This document shows positions 19,624-29,652 of a stretch of DNA of 64,000 nucleotides, piece after piece. The notes under the pieces were generated by a model. It did not search any database. It saw only the letters and a program-made list of their open reading frames with translations, and was not told where the DNA came from. Position numbers and translations under genes: made by a program. Within the stretch, counting starts at the first letter, position 1, and each line of letters begins with the position of its first letter. The DNA comes from a virus, in the IMG/VR virus record IMGVR_UViG_3300009347_000008; one strand, given 5' to 3'.

Positions 19624-22308
19624 ATGAGTAAAGATAATTTCAGGGCACTTGTTTCTGCGAATAACAGCGGCAAACAAATCCCAGCAGTTAATTTAGTGCG
19701 AGATACTCCGATTATTGCTGCCACCCTGAGTAAGTTAGTTCAACCAACTGACAGAAAAGAATTCGATCAGAGTGGCAACAGAAAAGTAACTGCACCGAAT
19801 CATTCTAACATCATAGGGATTTCCAAAGATATTGCACAAAAGAAAAAAGACAACACTAATGTCATGGATTTATTTCCAGAATTAGGGTTGGCTGGCGATA
19901 TCTTAATTAGTCTCATTAATTCACCTAAGGACATGTATAGCTCAGAATTGAGTGTTACTGTTCCTAGTGATCTTCTGGTATCTCCTATCACTAATCTGAT
20001 TCTTCCGATTATCGAAGAATACCTGAAAGATGAATACGGCATCAATGAAGAAATTCCAATAATGCTTGAAAAGGTGTTACTGAAAGATGGTGCTTATCCT
20101 GTTGTAGTTATTCCAGAAAACTCTGTGGATGACTTGATCAACGGTAAAGTAGATATCTCTTTAGAGAGTCTGAAAACATACATGGATGACAAGGGTATCT
20201 TTAAGTCAGCGGGATGGTTGGGTGCCAGTACTATTGCACAAACTAATCCAACGATTAGGAATTTTGGTTTAGAAAGTTTCCTTGGAGATGCTGGACCACA
20301 GTCTGGAACGATTGACCCTGTTATCAAGTTCATGGATAAAGATAAGAAAGCTGTAGCTCTAGAAGATATTATCGTGATTGATAATTTCTCTGCTCTTAAG
20401 TTACCAAAGATCATTGAGACCAGGAGAAAGAACAGTTCTAGAAGAATATTAGACGGTAATCTTATCACCAATAAAGTATTCTCAATCGGGACTGAAAGTA
20501 ATAGTAAACTTACTGACAAACAACTGACTAGTTTACTCTATAAGAACAAGCCACACACCACAGTTAGCTTACGTAGAGTTAAAACGAGTAATCAACTCGA
20601 CCGTGAAACAGTTGGAGCACCTCTGATTATCAAATTGCCTACTGAGTCCGTTATTCCGATTTACCAACCAGGCAATCATAGTGAACACGTTGGTTATTTC
20701 GTAGTTCTTGATAGTGAAGGTAATCCTGTTAGTATTGATAGTGACTTCTCTGCTTATGACGATATGCGTTTTAAGCATTCGATGTCCACTAACATGAATT
20801 CAAGCATCGTTCAAAGAGCTGCTGATCAATTCGAAGTGAATTGTGATGCTGTCACGTTCGATAACGTGAGCCGTGTTTATTCGGATATCATTGAAGCTGA
20901 TCTCTTATCACGTTTGAAGAATGGCATCATTGGTGAGAACGTCTCTATTGCTAAACCAGAAGAGATCTTCCGCATTATGACAGCCAGAATGTTGAGTAAA
21001 CAAAGAACTCAAATTCTCTTCGTTCCCAAAGAACTGTTGACCTACTTTGCTATTGACTTCAGAGAAAATGGTACTGGTAAGAGTTTGATTGAAGGAATGA
21101 TGGTTCTCAATGCGTTACGTGCAGCAACAATGTTTGCTAACGTCAATCGTGGTATTGTTAACTCTATCGGTAGAACAGAAGTCGAAATCAACGTTGACGA
21201 AAATGATCCTCAACCGAGAAAAACTCTTGAAATTGCAATGCATGAAGTCCTGAAGACTAAACAGTCTCAGACCCTTCCCGCTACGATTTCACCTGTTGAC
21301 ATTATGACGTACATTAATACGTCAGGTATTCAATTTAAGTTCGGTCAAATTCCTGGTCTACCTTCGACTAATCTGAATTTCAGTGAAGTGTCAACTAGTT
21401 ATGAGAAACCAGATTCCGATTTGGAAGACTCTTTGAGAGAGCGCCAGATCATGGGTATCGGTATTCCTGTAGAAATGGTTGACAATGCTAAGGGTGTTGA
21501 TTTTGCTACTACTGCCACGAACAACAATATCTTACTGAATAAACGTATTATTCAGTATCAAATCAAGTTCGAGCCATTGATTACGAATAATGCTAGGACT
21601 ATTATTCTTAACCATGGTGGTCTGATGGGTAAAATCAAGAACACTATTAAGGAAAATATCTCAAAACTTACAGAGGTTCAAAAGACTAATGAGGTTTTCG
21701 AAGAATATAAAAACAATGAAGATCTTCTCGTTCATCTTCTCTCGTTAGAGATCGTCTCTAACTTTGAGATTAATCTACCTAGACCAGATGTCATTGCTGT
21801 TGATACCATTACCGAAGCTTATACCAAGCACGAGGAGATGGTTGAAAAGGGTATCGATGCATGGTTCAGTTCTGATATTCTGGCTGCTGCCTATATCGGT
21901 GAAGCTAGCAGTGAACGTGTGGATGAAGTCAGAGCCATGATTAAAGCTCAGATGATGAGAAGCTGGATGACTTCTAATAACATGTTGCCTGAGATGGCTG
22001 ATATGTTAACTGTAGATGACGAAGGTAAATACGTATATAACAATGTGGAAACACAGCGTCAACACGTATTTGCTGCTACCAAGTTTATTAGAGATCTCTT
22101 AGAGAAGACTGTGCCTACTGCACAGGCAGCAGATAGAGATATTAATAAGATTACTGGTGGTGAAGATTTGGGTGAAGGATCAGTATCTGGTGGATCTGAT
22201 TATACATCAGACGATACTACAAGTGAGGATTCCCCCACGGATGACACCGGAGGAGGAGATGATGATCTGGATGCAGGTTTAGATATGCCTGACTTCGGTG
22301 ATATCTGA
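19624..22308 (+). CDS. Large hypothetical protein (~894 aa) with an acidic Asp/Gly-rich C-terminus. Start moved to ATG 19624 (MSKDNFRAL...).
   Basis: The track start 19546 overlaps the divergent 1054-aa gene; ATG 19624 follows an AAAAGG RBS-like sequence. Confidence 0.6.
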   Translation: MSKDNFRALVSANNSGKQIPAVNLVRDTPIIAATLSKLVQPTDRKEFDQSGNRKVTAPNHSNIIGISKDIAQKKKDNTNVMDLFPELGLAGDILISLINSPKDMYSSELSVTVPSDLLVSPITNLILPIIEEYLKDEYGINEEIPIMLEKVLLKDGAYPVVVIPENSVDDLINGKVDISLESLKTYMDDKGIFKSAGWLGASTIAQTNPTIRNFGLESFLGDAGPQSGTIDPVIKFMDKDKKAVALEDIIVIDNFSALKLPKIIETRRKNSSRRILDGNLITNKVFSIGTESNSKLTDKQLTSLLYKNKPHTTVSLRRVKTSNQLDRETVGAPLIIKLPTESVIPIYQPGNHSEHVGYFVVLDSEGNPVSIDSDFSAYDDMRFKHSMSTNMNSSIVQRAADQFEVNCDAVTFDNVSRVYSDIIEADLLSRLKNGIIGENVSIAKPEEIFRIMTARMLSKQRTQILFVPKELLTYFAIDFRENGTGKSLIEGMMVLNALRAATMFANVNRGIVNSIGRTEVEINVDENDPQPRKTLEIAMHEVLKTKQSQTLPATISPVDIMTYINTSGIQFKFGQIPGLPSTNLNFSEVSTSYEKPDSDLEDSLRERQIMGIGIPVEMVDNAKGVDFATTATNNNILLNKRIIQYQIKFEPLITNNARTIILNHGGLMGKIKNTIKENISKLTEVQKTNEVFEEYKNNEDLLVHLLSLEIVSNFEINLPRPDVIAVDTITEAYTKHEEMVEKGIDAWFSSDILAAAYIGEASSERVDEVRAMIKAQMMRSWMTSNNMLPEMADMLTVDDEGKYVYNNVETQRQHVFAATKFIRDLLEKTVPTAQAADRDINKITGGEDLGEGSVSGGSDYTSDDTTSEDSPTDDTGGGDDDLDAGLDMPDFGDI

Positions 22309-22320
22309 TACAGCATAAGT

Positions 22321-22346
22321 AGGAGTGGCCTAGGCCACTCCTTTTA
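22321..22346. terminator. Terminator hairpin GGAGTGGCC-TA-GGCCACTCC followed by a T-run
   Basis: Perfect palindrome between convergent genes. Confidence 0.65.
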
Positions 22347-22353
22347 TGCCGGA

Positions 22354-23634
22354 TTATTCACACATGTCAAGCATGTACTTATTAATCACTTCATAGACAG
22401 CGAAGATCGCACCAATGTCAGCCAGTAGAGCAGACATGAGGAATTTAGCTTCATTGATCTTACCGGAATACTCTAAGAGAGCATCCAGACTATCCTTCAA
22501 TGTACTATTGTCCTTTTGCGTTTCAAGTTCACTAGTCTTTTCAAGGGTATCACGAATAACTTGTCTACAATAATCGTAAGCTGCAATACGGCTTTGAATA
22601 ACTGTACTCAGTTTACCTGTACCAATGAAACCGAAGATACCACCGATGGTGCAGCTATTACTAAAGGAGCTTTCGCTACCAATACAAGTACTGTTATCGT
22701 ACTTCCAAGGTTTGTATTCACCGGTGGCTGGGTCAATTACGTAAGTCTTGGGACCATTAGTAACTTTATAGAAGTCACCAAACACTACTGTCCGAATAGT
22801 GCCATCGACTGAGTCGCTACGGAAGACCTTGGATAGATTTTCAATAAACTCACCAGTCTTAGTACCTTCGAAATCAGATCTCATGACTTCTGCACGTCTA
22901 CGACCTTCTTCGTATTCGATCAGATGCGGCCTCAAGAGATATAAACCCACACCCATCAAATCAGCCCACTTCAGATGTTTACTGAAGGAACACTTCACAG
23001 TTTCGAGATCATCAGATTCGTATTCGTTCAGGAATCGGATAATGTTCTTATTAAACTGTACACTGATATCAGTGTAAGCCAAACGCTTCTCTTGAAGTTC
23101 TTGTTCCGACACATCCAGAAGTTTCTTGCCTAAGTCAATGACAGTAGCTTTAAGATCAGTGTATGCCTTCTCGTAATTAGATCGCATCAATGACAAAGCA
23201 GGCTTGTATTCTGTCTTTGACTTCTCTTCTGTATAGAGATTAGGATTACCCATTGGTTGTTTACGAACAGGTGGGGTTTCCTCTTCATCAGATTGTTCTG
23301 GAGGTTTTTGCTGCTCAGGAGGAGCTTCTGTGTCATTACCTTCCAAATCTTCAATAATAGATTCGACAGCAATCACATCTGCTCTACTGATACCGCCGGA
23401 TTCTTCAATCTCAGCGGATTTATCTGCCAGCTCAACCAAACGATCTTCTCTGGATTTTTGGATAACAAACTCAGCATCCAATTCTGGAAGACGGCGTACC
23501 TGAATACCTTGAGTGAAAATAGTTTCATCAGATACATCATTAGATGCTTCTCTACCACGGGCAGGAGTATCTAGTACAGCGGTTCTTCCTTCAGGATTAC
23601 CGAACTCGTTATCGACTTCGTCATTCAGTCCCAT
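22354..23634 (-). CDS. Hypothetical protein (426 aa)
   Basis: ORF. Confidence 0.6.
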   Translation of the reverse strand: MGLNDEVDNEFGNPEGRTAVLDTPARGREASNDVSDETIFTQGIQVRRLPELDAEFVIQKSREDRLVELADKSAEIEESGGISRADVIAVESIIEDLEGNDTEAPPEQQKPPEQSDEEETPPVRKQPMGNPNLYTEEKSKTEYKPALSLMRSNYEKAYTDLKATVIDLGKKLLDVSEQELQEKRLAYTDISVQFNKNIIRFLNEYESDDLETVKCSFSKHLKWADLMGVGLYLLRPHLIEYEEGRRRAEVMRSDFEGTKTGEFIENLSKVFRSDSVDGTIRTVVFGDFYKVTNGPKTYVIDPATGEYKPWKYDNSTCIGSESSFSNSCTIGGIFGFIGTGKLSTVIQSRIAAYDYCRQVIRDTLEKTSELETQKDNSTLKDSLDALLEYSGKINEAKFLMSALLADIGAIFAVYEVINKYMLDMCE

Positions 23635-23636
23635 TT

Positions 23637-24932
23637 TTAATTACCTCTTAATTGTGCAGCCTTAATGAATAAGTCATTCGAGGCAAGTTCTTCTAACAAA
23701 CGTTGAGTATTCTTTCTTGAAGAGAGAACCCAGTTACTTGGATAGATGATGTTACCAGCAAGACCCATGATGGACGTAAAGTCTTTGGTTTCATCGATGA
23801 TCTTATCCACAGAAGCCAGTGTGACCAAAGTCTTACTAGCGATTCCCCTATCAAGACTCTTGACTTTCAATCTGGAGATTAGTTGTTCTCTGATTCGCTT
23901 ATATCTGGTCTTCAGATTGTCGTATACATTATTGGTGTCAGAACCAATAGAACTATTCCAAGAAATCAGGAAGAACAATGCCGCCCCGAAGCCAAGGAAC
24001 GGTAAAACACCTACAGCACCAATCAACATCATGTAGCTGATCAAAGACAACTCTACTAAATTGATCAAGAATCGTGTCTCACCAGAATACTCAGGAGATC
24101 CATAAGCACGATGAATTTTCTCAAGACCAGTTACCAACTCACGGCCTAATCCCATACGGGTTGCATAGTTATCGGCTAGTGCTTCGTAAGTAGTCTTATC
24201 GTAGGCAGCAGTACCCAATTCAGATACACGCTTTTCTTGGATCTTAGCCAGAACAACAGTAGTCACCACGGTAGTATCGGTCTCATCCCTGAGTTCAGCA
24301 TAAACACCAGTACTAGGGCCAATCTTCTTCTCCGCCAGCTTCAACGAATATTCAAAGAGTTGTTGATCCTTAGCAACTAAGGATTTGTGTAGCGCTAAAA
24401 GAATCTGATTAGTTTGAATGGTATTGAAAGCCAACTCATAAGCAACGAACGCATGACCAACTTCATGCATAAAGACGGCAGCTACTTCAGCAGCAGACAA
24501 CTTCAAAGTCTTCAAATGTCTAAAACCCATGAAGATTTGAGTTGGAACAGTCGAGAATGCACCGCCAACCTTGGCAGACTTCAAATCAACAAATGTCTTC
24601 TCATTATCTTCAAGTTGTTTGATGATCTTATTTGCATCCTTGCTGTAGTATGCTTTAAAGACATCGTCACCAAGAATACTATTCGGGCTAATATGAATTG
24701 GAAGCATACATGGAGGATACTCCGTGTTAAACTTCAAATCAATCTTCAGACCGGTTTCTTTCTCGATATAGGTCTTAAGTGTTTTAGCAGCTTCTGATTC
24801 ATCTGCCTCCTTACCACTCTTGGATTTTAGGATATCTTCCATAAGCACAGTCAGTTGATCAGCGACTACAGAAGATTGGAAATCAATCGCCTCCGTAGCA
24901 ACATTCGTGCTGTTGATGTCTAAAAAATTCAT
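23637..24932 (-). CDS. Membrane-associated zinc metalloprotease-like protein (431 aa)
   Basis: HEVGH (HExxH) motif in AAEVAAVFMHEVGHAFVAYEL plus a C-terminal TM segment LISYMMLIGAVGVLPFLGFGAALFFLISW; overall resemblance to M48/HtpX-type peptidases. Confidence 0.5.
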   Translation of the reverse strand: MNFLDINSTNVATEAIDFQSSVVADQLTVLMEDILKSKSGKEADESEAAKTLKTYIEKETGLKIDLKFNTEYPPCMLPIHISPNSILGDDVFKAYYSKDANKIIKQLEDNEKTFVDLKSAKVGGAFSTVPTQIFMGFRHLKTLKLSAAEVAAVFMHEVGHAFVAYELAFNTIQTNQILLALHKSLVAKDQQLFEYSLKLAEKKIGPSTGVYAELRDETDTTVVTTVVLAKIQEKRVSELGTAAYDKTTYEALADNYATRMGLGRELVTGLEKIHRAYGSPEYSGETRFLINLVELSLISYMMLIGAVGVLPFLGFGAALFFLISWNSSIGSDTNNVYDNLKTRYKRIREQLISRLKVKSLDRGIASKTLVTLASVDKIIDETKDFTSIMGLAGNIIYPSNWVLSSRKNTQRLLEELASNDLFIKAAQLRGN

Positions 24933-25017
24933 TTTGTATTCCTAGGAAAAAATGTACGTGAATATTCAAATTATTAAGTACTTAATAACTAATATGCGAA
25001 AGCGAAAGGATTAGAAA

Positions 25018-26481
25018 ATGAAAGACTTTTTAAATTTGAAACAGGGTGAAGTTGGAATCGAATGTCGCTTCGCAACGTACGTCAAATCACCCCAACCCGA
25101 GTTGCCGGATTTACATCTTGTAAAAGAGCAAGTACATAAGGATGACGGTACAATTGTACCAACCGTAAAGCCTGTCTATAATTACGAACGACCTTATTGG
25201 ATTGTTAAAAAAGGTTGTCGTAATTTCAATCAGCCTAAAGAGTGGATTGAAAAAGAACGTGTCAATGAATTCTATTCGACACAAACAGACCTCCTATACA
25301 AGGCAGCATCGTCTCTAGGTAAACCATACTTTAAGAAGTCAATTAAAGACCTAGCAGCAGAGAGCCCGTATCTCTTTGGTATCGACATTAAGAGTACAGC
25401 AGTTATCAAGCAGGATTACATGGTTAAGTATCCTGATCTAAAGACTGAATATTCAGTAGGCGTGTTCGATACAGAAACTGATGTCATCCATGGGACTGAT
25501 GAAATTACCATGGCTACTTTTAGCTTTGGTAAGATTTGCTTCACAGCAGTACAGAAGAGTTTCTTCAAAGGTATTGCCAATCCAGAGCAAGAGGTTCTTG
25601 AAAAGACTAATAAGTATCTCGATCAATATATAACTAAGCGAGGTATCAAACCTGTATTAGTTATTGTGGACTCCGAGATCGATGTTCTAATTGAGACATT
25701 CAAAGTCATTCATGAAGCTAAGCCAGACTTTCTCTCTATCTGGAACATGAAGTTCGATATCGGTAAGATTCTAGAAGCTTGTGAACGTGCTAACTTCCCG
25801 ATTGAACATTTGATGTGTGATCCGTCTGTACCTAATGAGTACAGATCTTTCAAGTTTATTCTTGGCCCTAATCAAAAGAAGACTGCTAGTGGGTTGGTCA
25901 TGCCAATCAAACCAGCAGCGCAATGGCATACTGTCAAATGTCCTGCCTCCTTCTACGTGATCGACGCGATGTGTGCTTATAAACACACTCGTATGGGTGA
26001 ACAAGAAAAGAAGTCGTATAGCTTAGATTTCATTTTAGGTGAGGAGTTAAACTTAGGAAAGCTTAAGTTTGAAGAAGCCAATCATCTATCAGGTCTAGAT
26101 TGGCATAAATTTATGCAAGAGTTCTACCCTGTCGAATATGTAGTATATAACAGATTCGACTGTATTGGTATGGAACTACTTGAAGATAAAGTTAAAGACA
26201 TGCGAGTTGTGCTTCCGCAATTCTCTGGTTCTTCTGACTTTGAAGACTTTAAGTCTCAACCACGTCGTAAGATGGACGCTCTACATTGGTTCGTTCAGAA
26301 ACACGGCCGTGTAATGGGGTGTACTTCCTCAGCTTTGGTTGATGAAGAACTCGATCCAATGATCTTGGGGCGTGATGAATGGATTATTACTCTAGCTCCT
26401 TCACTTATTACGAGAGAAGGTCTACGAGTCATTGAGGAGAATCCAGAACAAGTTACAACGATCTATGGTCACGTTGGAGAT
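25018..26481 (+). CDS. Family-B DNA polymerase, exon 1: N-terminal domain plus 3'-5' exonuclease domain. The terminal stop codon of the ORF is probably intronic.
   Basis: Exo I-like FDTETD, Exo II-like WNMKFDIGKIL (NxxxFD) and Exo III-like YVVYNRFDCIGMELL (YxxxD). The ORF ends ~95 aa after Exo III, exactly where polymerase motif A is expected. Confidence 0.65.
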
Positions 26482-28166
26482 TAACTAAAGATACTGACAC
26501 GTCTATTATATGTTGTAGCTTATATAATAGGTTTAACGTGTTTACAAGAAAAGAACTTTACGTACCTTTTTCTGGAAGAAGATATATTATCACTAATACT
26601 GGTAAGATATTAGATTCTGAGAAGAAAGAAATTCCTGTTGAAATAATTGATAGGTCTATTTTTGTGGAAATTGATTGGTTACTTGGTAGGAGAAAATATC
26701 TCTTGTCTGTAATAGTAATGTTCACTTATGGATCTCTTAAAGTACCAGATCATCTACTAGACTTAGTAGAACCTCTTTACGTTGATGGTGATTTTAGAAA
26801 TTTAACACCCCAGAATCTTATCTATAGATTCAAAACCCCACTAGAAGTAGAAAACTATCCTGGTTTTTTCCTTATACCCTTTTATGTTAATTACGCTTTA
26901 AGTAAGAATGGCTCATTAATTAATATAGAAACTGGTAAGGAAAAACAATGGTCAGTAACATCAACTGAAAACAATAAAAAGAATCAAAAAGGTGGCTATT
27001 ACTTTAGCCGTGTACTTAATGATTTCGGTTTCAGTAAGTGTTTATTTCTACACAGAGCATTATGTTTAGTTTTCAAAGAGTACGATAACAAAGTCCAGTC
27101 ACTTGTGGTCAATCATAAGGATGGTAATCCATCTAATAACCACTTAGATAATATCGAATGGTCTACTTATAAAGAAAATAATAATCACGCTATTGCCATG
27201 GGTCTTAGATCAGATAATAAACCTATCTTATCGAAGAACATTAAAACTGGTGAGATCATGAAATTCTCCAGTATTAATGAATGTGGAAGGTATTACAATG
27301 CTCCTAGAGCAGGTTTTATCCAACATAGGTTGAAGAAATCTGGCAATAAAATATATTCGGATTATTTATTATTTAAGTATGACGACGGGACAGAGTGGCC
27401 ATCGATAGACCTTAATAAAGTCGAAATTATCCGAGGCGGCAGAAGTGACTTAATCAAAGCTAGAAATGTCTTTACTGGTGATGTTATTTTATTCTTAGGT
27501 GCTGAAAAAGGCTCTCACTTAACAGGTGTTAAAAAAGCTACTATTTTAAATCACGTAAAAAAAGGACACTTGATACCTTGTAAAGGTTGGAATTTTAAAT
27601 GGGACAACGACGAGACTCCGTGGCCTAACCACACACATCGTCATTTGAAAGTCTATGAAAAATTCCCAATCTTTCCTCCCACTGGTGCAATTATTTTTGA
27701 TACGGAATTAAACGAGGAGCTTTTCTTTGAGAGTGTAGCTTTAGCGTGTAATTTCTTAAATATCACTAAACATGTTTTTAGTGATTACGCTAAATCAAAA
27801 ACTTTATTAAAGAAAAGATATTCGCTTACGTATTTTCATCTTGTGAAAAGTCTAGGTCTCCCTACAGAGTAATCTGTAGTAAAAAACTATGTGAATTGAC
27901 TGGAACAAGCTTAGAGCCTCATACACTCCCTACTCCAGTAATGAGAGTAGTACAGTAAAAGAGATGAGGATTGTTTAACCAGCAGCCAAGCTTCCTGACC
28001 AACGACGTGAGTCGCCGTCAGGGTGAAGGTTCAGAGACTACATACCACAAGTGTGGTTAGCGCATAGCCCCATTATTCAATGGGTGAAGATATAGTCCGA
28101 TCTATAAGGAAACCTTATAGCGGGTGCCATAGCGTACCGGCTTAGTCTAACGAACTAAGTGGACAG
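26482..28166 (+). mobile_element. Group I intron (~1.7 kb) in the DNA polymerase gene, carrying an HNH endonuclease ORF; boundaries approximate
   Basis: Canonical P7 elements: R = GGTTCAGAGACTACA (28026-28040) and S = GAAGATATAGTCC (28088-28100), with the P7 pairing GACTA/TAGTC. A P9 hairpin TATAAGG-aaa-CCTTATA follows. The intron ends with G28166, directly before an in-frame exon whose first residues are KLDVSASYPN (polymerase motif A). Confidence 0.6.
26538..27872 (+). CDS. Intron-encoded HNH homing endonuclease (444 aa; GTG start)
   Basis: HNH core VVNHKDGNPSNNHLDNIEWSTYKENNNHA; located inside the group I intron. Confidence 0.7.
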   Translation: MFTRKELYVPFSGRRYIITNTGKILDSEKKEIPVEIIDRSIFVEIDWLLGRRKYLLSVIVMFTYGSLKVPDHLLDLVEPLYVDGDFRNLTPQNLIYRFKTPLEVENYPGFFLIPFYVNYALSKNGSLINIETGKEKQWSVTSTENNKKNQKGGYYFSRVLNDFGFSKCLFLHRALCLVFKEYDNKVQSLVVNHKDGNPSNNHLDNIEWSTYKENNNHAIAMGLRSDNKPILSKNIKTGEIMKFSSINECGRYYNAPRAGFIQHRLKKSGNKIYSDYLLFKYDDGTEWPSIDLNKVEIIRGGRSDLIKARNVFTGDVILFLGAEKGSHLTGVKKATILNHVKKGHLIPCKGWNFKWDNDETPWPNHTHRHLKVYEKFPIFPPTGAIIFDTELNEELFFESVALACNFLNITKHVFSDYAKSKTLLKKRYSLTYFHLVKSLGLPTE

Positions 28167-28384
28167 AAGTTAGACGTTAGTGCTAGTTATCCTAATGGAG
28201 AGACGTGTTTCAACATTAGTAAAGAGACCACAGTGCGTGAACTATCTACTATTGATGGTATTCCCGAAGCTGTGTTCAGAAAACAGAACATGGGGATCAG
28301 TGCTGGTCATGTAAATGCACTCGATTACTGTTCTACAATGTTGGGCTTCCCAACACTATTTGAACTGGAAGAAATGACATGGTA
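28167..28384 (+). CDS. DNA polymerase B exon 2 (72 codons) containing polymerase motif A; the frame terminates at TAA 28382-28384
   Basis: KLDVSASYPNGETCFNISKETTV resembles the T4/RB69 polymerase segment DLTSLYPSIIRQVNISPETI (recalled from memory). The frame is continuous with exon 1 once the intron is removed. Confidence 0.5.
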
Positions 28385-28738
28385 ACCTACTCTTTTGCTG
28401 CTGAAGCGAAAGAGATTTTCAAGGGGGCGGAACTTTCCGCCCTTATTGAATATCTTGATCGTAAGACTGTCTGTATTCTTCATGGACATAAATTAGACGA
28501 GATTGACCGTATCGGATTCCTACAGGAATTTGAGAAGGTTACAGAAAGCCTTGATCCCAAAATTCTTGAGGATTTGGTTATGCTTCGTATTTACTATAAT
28601 AACTGCATTGGCGGCTCTATTAAAGTAAGTACTGAGCATCAGATTCAGTTCGATATTCTTGTCAAACGTTTCCAGGAGTATACACAAGATGCCATTGTCC
28701 GCAGAATTCGAACTCACGGCCTTAAGGAATACGTCTAA
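28379..28738 (+). CDS. Hypothetical 119-aa ORF in the -1 frame relative to exon 2; possibly a further polymerase fragment (weak motif-B-like RIYYNNCIGG)
   Basis: Its ATG overlaps the exon-2 stop (ATGGTAA). RIYYNNCIGG is a weak match to the Kx3NSxYG motif. No motif C (YGDTDS) was found downstream. Confidence 0.35.
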   Translation: MVTYSFAAEAKEIFKGAELSALIEYLDRKTVCILHGHKLDEIDRIGFLQEFEKVTESLDPKILEDLVMLRIYYNNCIGGSIKVSTEHQIQFDILVKRFQEYTQDAIVRRIRTHGLKEYV

Positions 28739-29222
28739 AAGATTGAGTGAGACTATCTCACTTCTTTCCCAAGAAACGAATCTCTTTACCTTTAAAAGGC
28801 TAAAGTCCACCTCCTCTATCGTGGGGGAATGGACTGCTTTGAATCTTCATACTTTCTCCACCACTAAAGCCATCTTAAAATATGCGGAGAATTTTCTACC
28901 TTCTTTCGTTTATTTTGAGAATAAGATACGTGAGTTGAAAGGGGAATTCATTTCACTCACTATTCTCTATGAAAATGACGAGACTCAAAAGTCTATTAAT
29001 AAATTTGAGGAGCTATACTTCAGCGCGATGAATGAGTTGAATTCTATTCATTCGTTATCTGGAGTTAGTTTTAGAGAGTTCAACAAGAAGATGGGAAACG
29101 CTACCTTTAGGGTCAACCGTCTAATTGATTTTACCAGTCATTTTCATTTGAGGATGCTCCATGATATCGCAATCCAAAGCGCACAAAATGGCTCAACTAC
29201 AAAGAGAGTACCCAACGTATAA
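28689..29222 (+). CDS. Hypothetical protein (~177 aa from MPLSAEFEL...)
   Basis: ORF with an AGGAG sequence ~12 nt upstream of ATG 28689; overlaps the previous ORF. Confidence 0.4.
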   Translation: MPLSAEFELTALRNTSKRLSETISLLSQETNLFTFKRLKSTSSIVGEWTALNLHTFSTTKAILKYAENFLPSFVYFENKIRELKGEFISLTILYENDETQKSINKFEELYFSAMNELNSIHSLSGVSFREFNKKMGNATFRVNRLIDFTSHFHLRMLHDIAIQSAQNGSTTKRVPNV

Positions 29223-29652
29223 CTTGGGTCTTCAAGATTATCTTGACAAGTTCTATATCTTAAAAGATGCAGAACCTATTCGCTATGTGAAGCTGACTAA
29301 AATCCAACGAGTATGGCATTTCTTCTCTTACAATAGAGAAGCTTTGCTAACTCACTGGGGGAAGATTGTTCCTTACGTCACTCTTATTTATAACAATGTT
29401 CTTGCGATAAATATTCTATTTAAGCAAGCTAATGTTAACTCTAACCTCTTGGTGGCTAAGAGTATCGACAAACTAAGATTTTACAGAAGGAGGATTCTCT
29501 CAAACCGTTTGAATCTTGAATTAGGCATAAAGAAAATGTCTAGAAGACAAATCAATATCAAGATCAATCAGATTTATGACGATGCTTTGTCTTTTCAACT
29601 AATCGCGGATGATCTTTATAAGAGGATGCATAATGGGTTTTATTACCACTAG
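29161..29652 (+). CDS. Hypothetical protein (163 aa)
   Basis: ORF overlapping both neighbours, in a different frame. Confidence 0.4.
   Translation: MISQSKAHKMAQLQREYPTYNLGLQDYLDKFYILKDAEPIRYVKLTKIQRVWHFFSYNREALLTHWGKIVPYVTLIYNNVLAINILFKQANVNSNLLVAKSIDKLRFYRRRILSNRLNLELGIKKMSRRQINIKINQIYDDALSFQLIADDLYKRMHNGFYYH

Noticed and set aside
19624-22308. NGTGKS segment in the ~894-aa protein as a Walker A ATPase motif (terminase)
   Set aside because: The spacing does not fit GxxxxGK[ST], and no Walker B or nuclease motifs follow.
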